Virus record (IMG/VR): IMGVR_UViG_3300037961_002649
Coordinates: 1 to 34,808 of that record
Direction: 5' to 3' (one strand)
Length of the DNA stretch: 34,808 nt
Source of the DNA: a virus
Lineage: Duplodnaviria; Caudoviricetes
In this document: one piece after another, positions 34,800 through 34,808 of the stretch
How the letters are laid out: each line of letters opens with the position of its first letter
Position numbering within the stretch: the stretch's first letter is position 1
Notes under the pieces: model-generated
Told to the model about the DNA's origin: nothing
What the model saw: only the letters and a program-made list of their open reading frames with translations
The model's database searches: none
Made by a program: the position numbers and the translations under genes

Positions 34800-34808
34800 T
34801 TGGGAAAA
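34433..34808 (+). repeat. Imperfect terminal overlap, right copy (matches 1-376)
   Basis: Same alignment as left copy. Confidence 0.95.

Noticed and set aside
1-34808. Stop-codon reassignment, introns or inteins, tRNA genes
   Set aside because: Genes are dense and intact in the standard code with TAA, TAG and TGA all used as stops; terminase, portal and capsid are uninterrupted; no cloverleaf seen in the few intergenic gaps

Overview
The window looks like an essentially complete tailed-phage genome of about 34.4 kb, with podovirus-like virion genes and low GC. A marine, Gram-negative host is plausible but cannot be determined from the sequence. All credible genes are on the + strand. The two ends overlap imperfectly (1-376 vs 34433-34808, about 93% identical), which indicates a circular or permuted map. 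Gene order: lysis region (lipoprotein, holin-like proteins, short SSB, GH108 endolysin); AT-rich early promoter; small early genes; YqaJ exonuclease and Rad52/Sak-like annealase; DUF1599; RusA; PD-(D/E)XK nuclease; lambda-O-like replication initiator with internal iterons; terminase; portal flanked by very basic mini-proteins and a 2OG-Fe(II) oxygenase; scaffold; major capsid; adaptor; a 1628-aa tail nozzle; three ejection-type proteins including a 2526-aa polyvalent protein (ParB-like, JAB/RadC, two ADP-ribosyltransferase-like domains); and a spike base, W-rich linker and LamG fibre module. I recognised no integrase, repressor, DNA polymerase, helicase, methyltransferase, tRNA or CRISPR. The most unusual signals are (i) strong CCWGG, and locally GATC, enrichment that stops at the fibre module, (ii) two putative anti-Shine-Dalgarno RNA elements, one a double stem-loop in the early operon resembling RNA-based phage immunity, (iii) a repeated non-canonical late-promoter motif, and (iv) the polyvalent injected protein. 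All counts were done by eye and all family calls are from motif recognition, not database searches.
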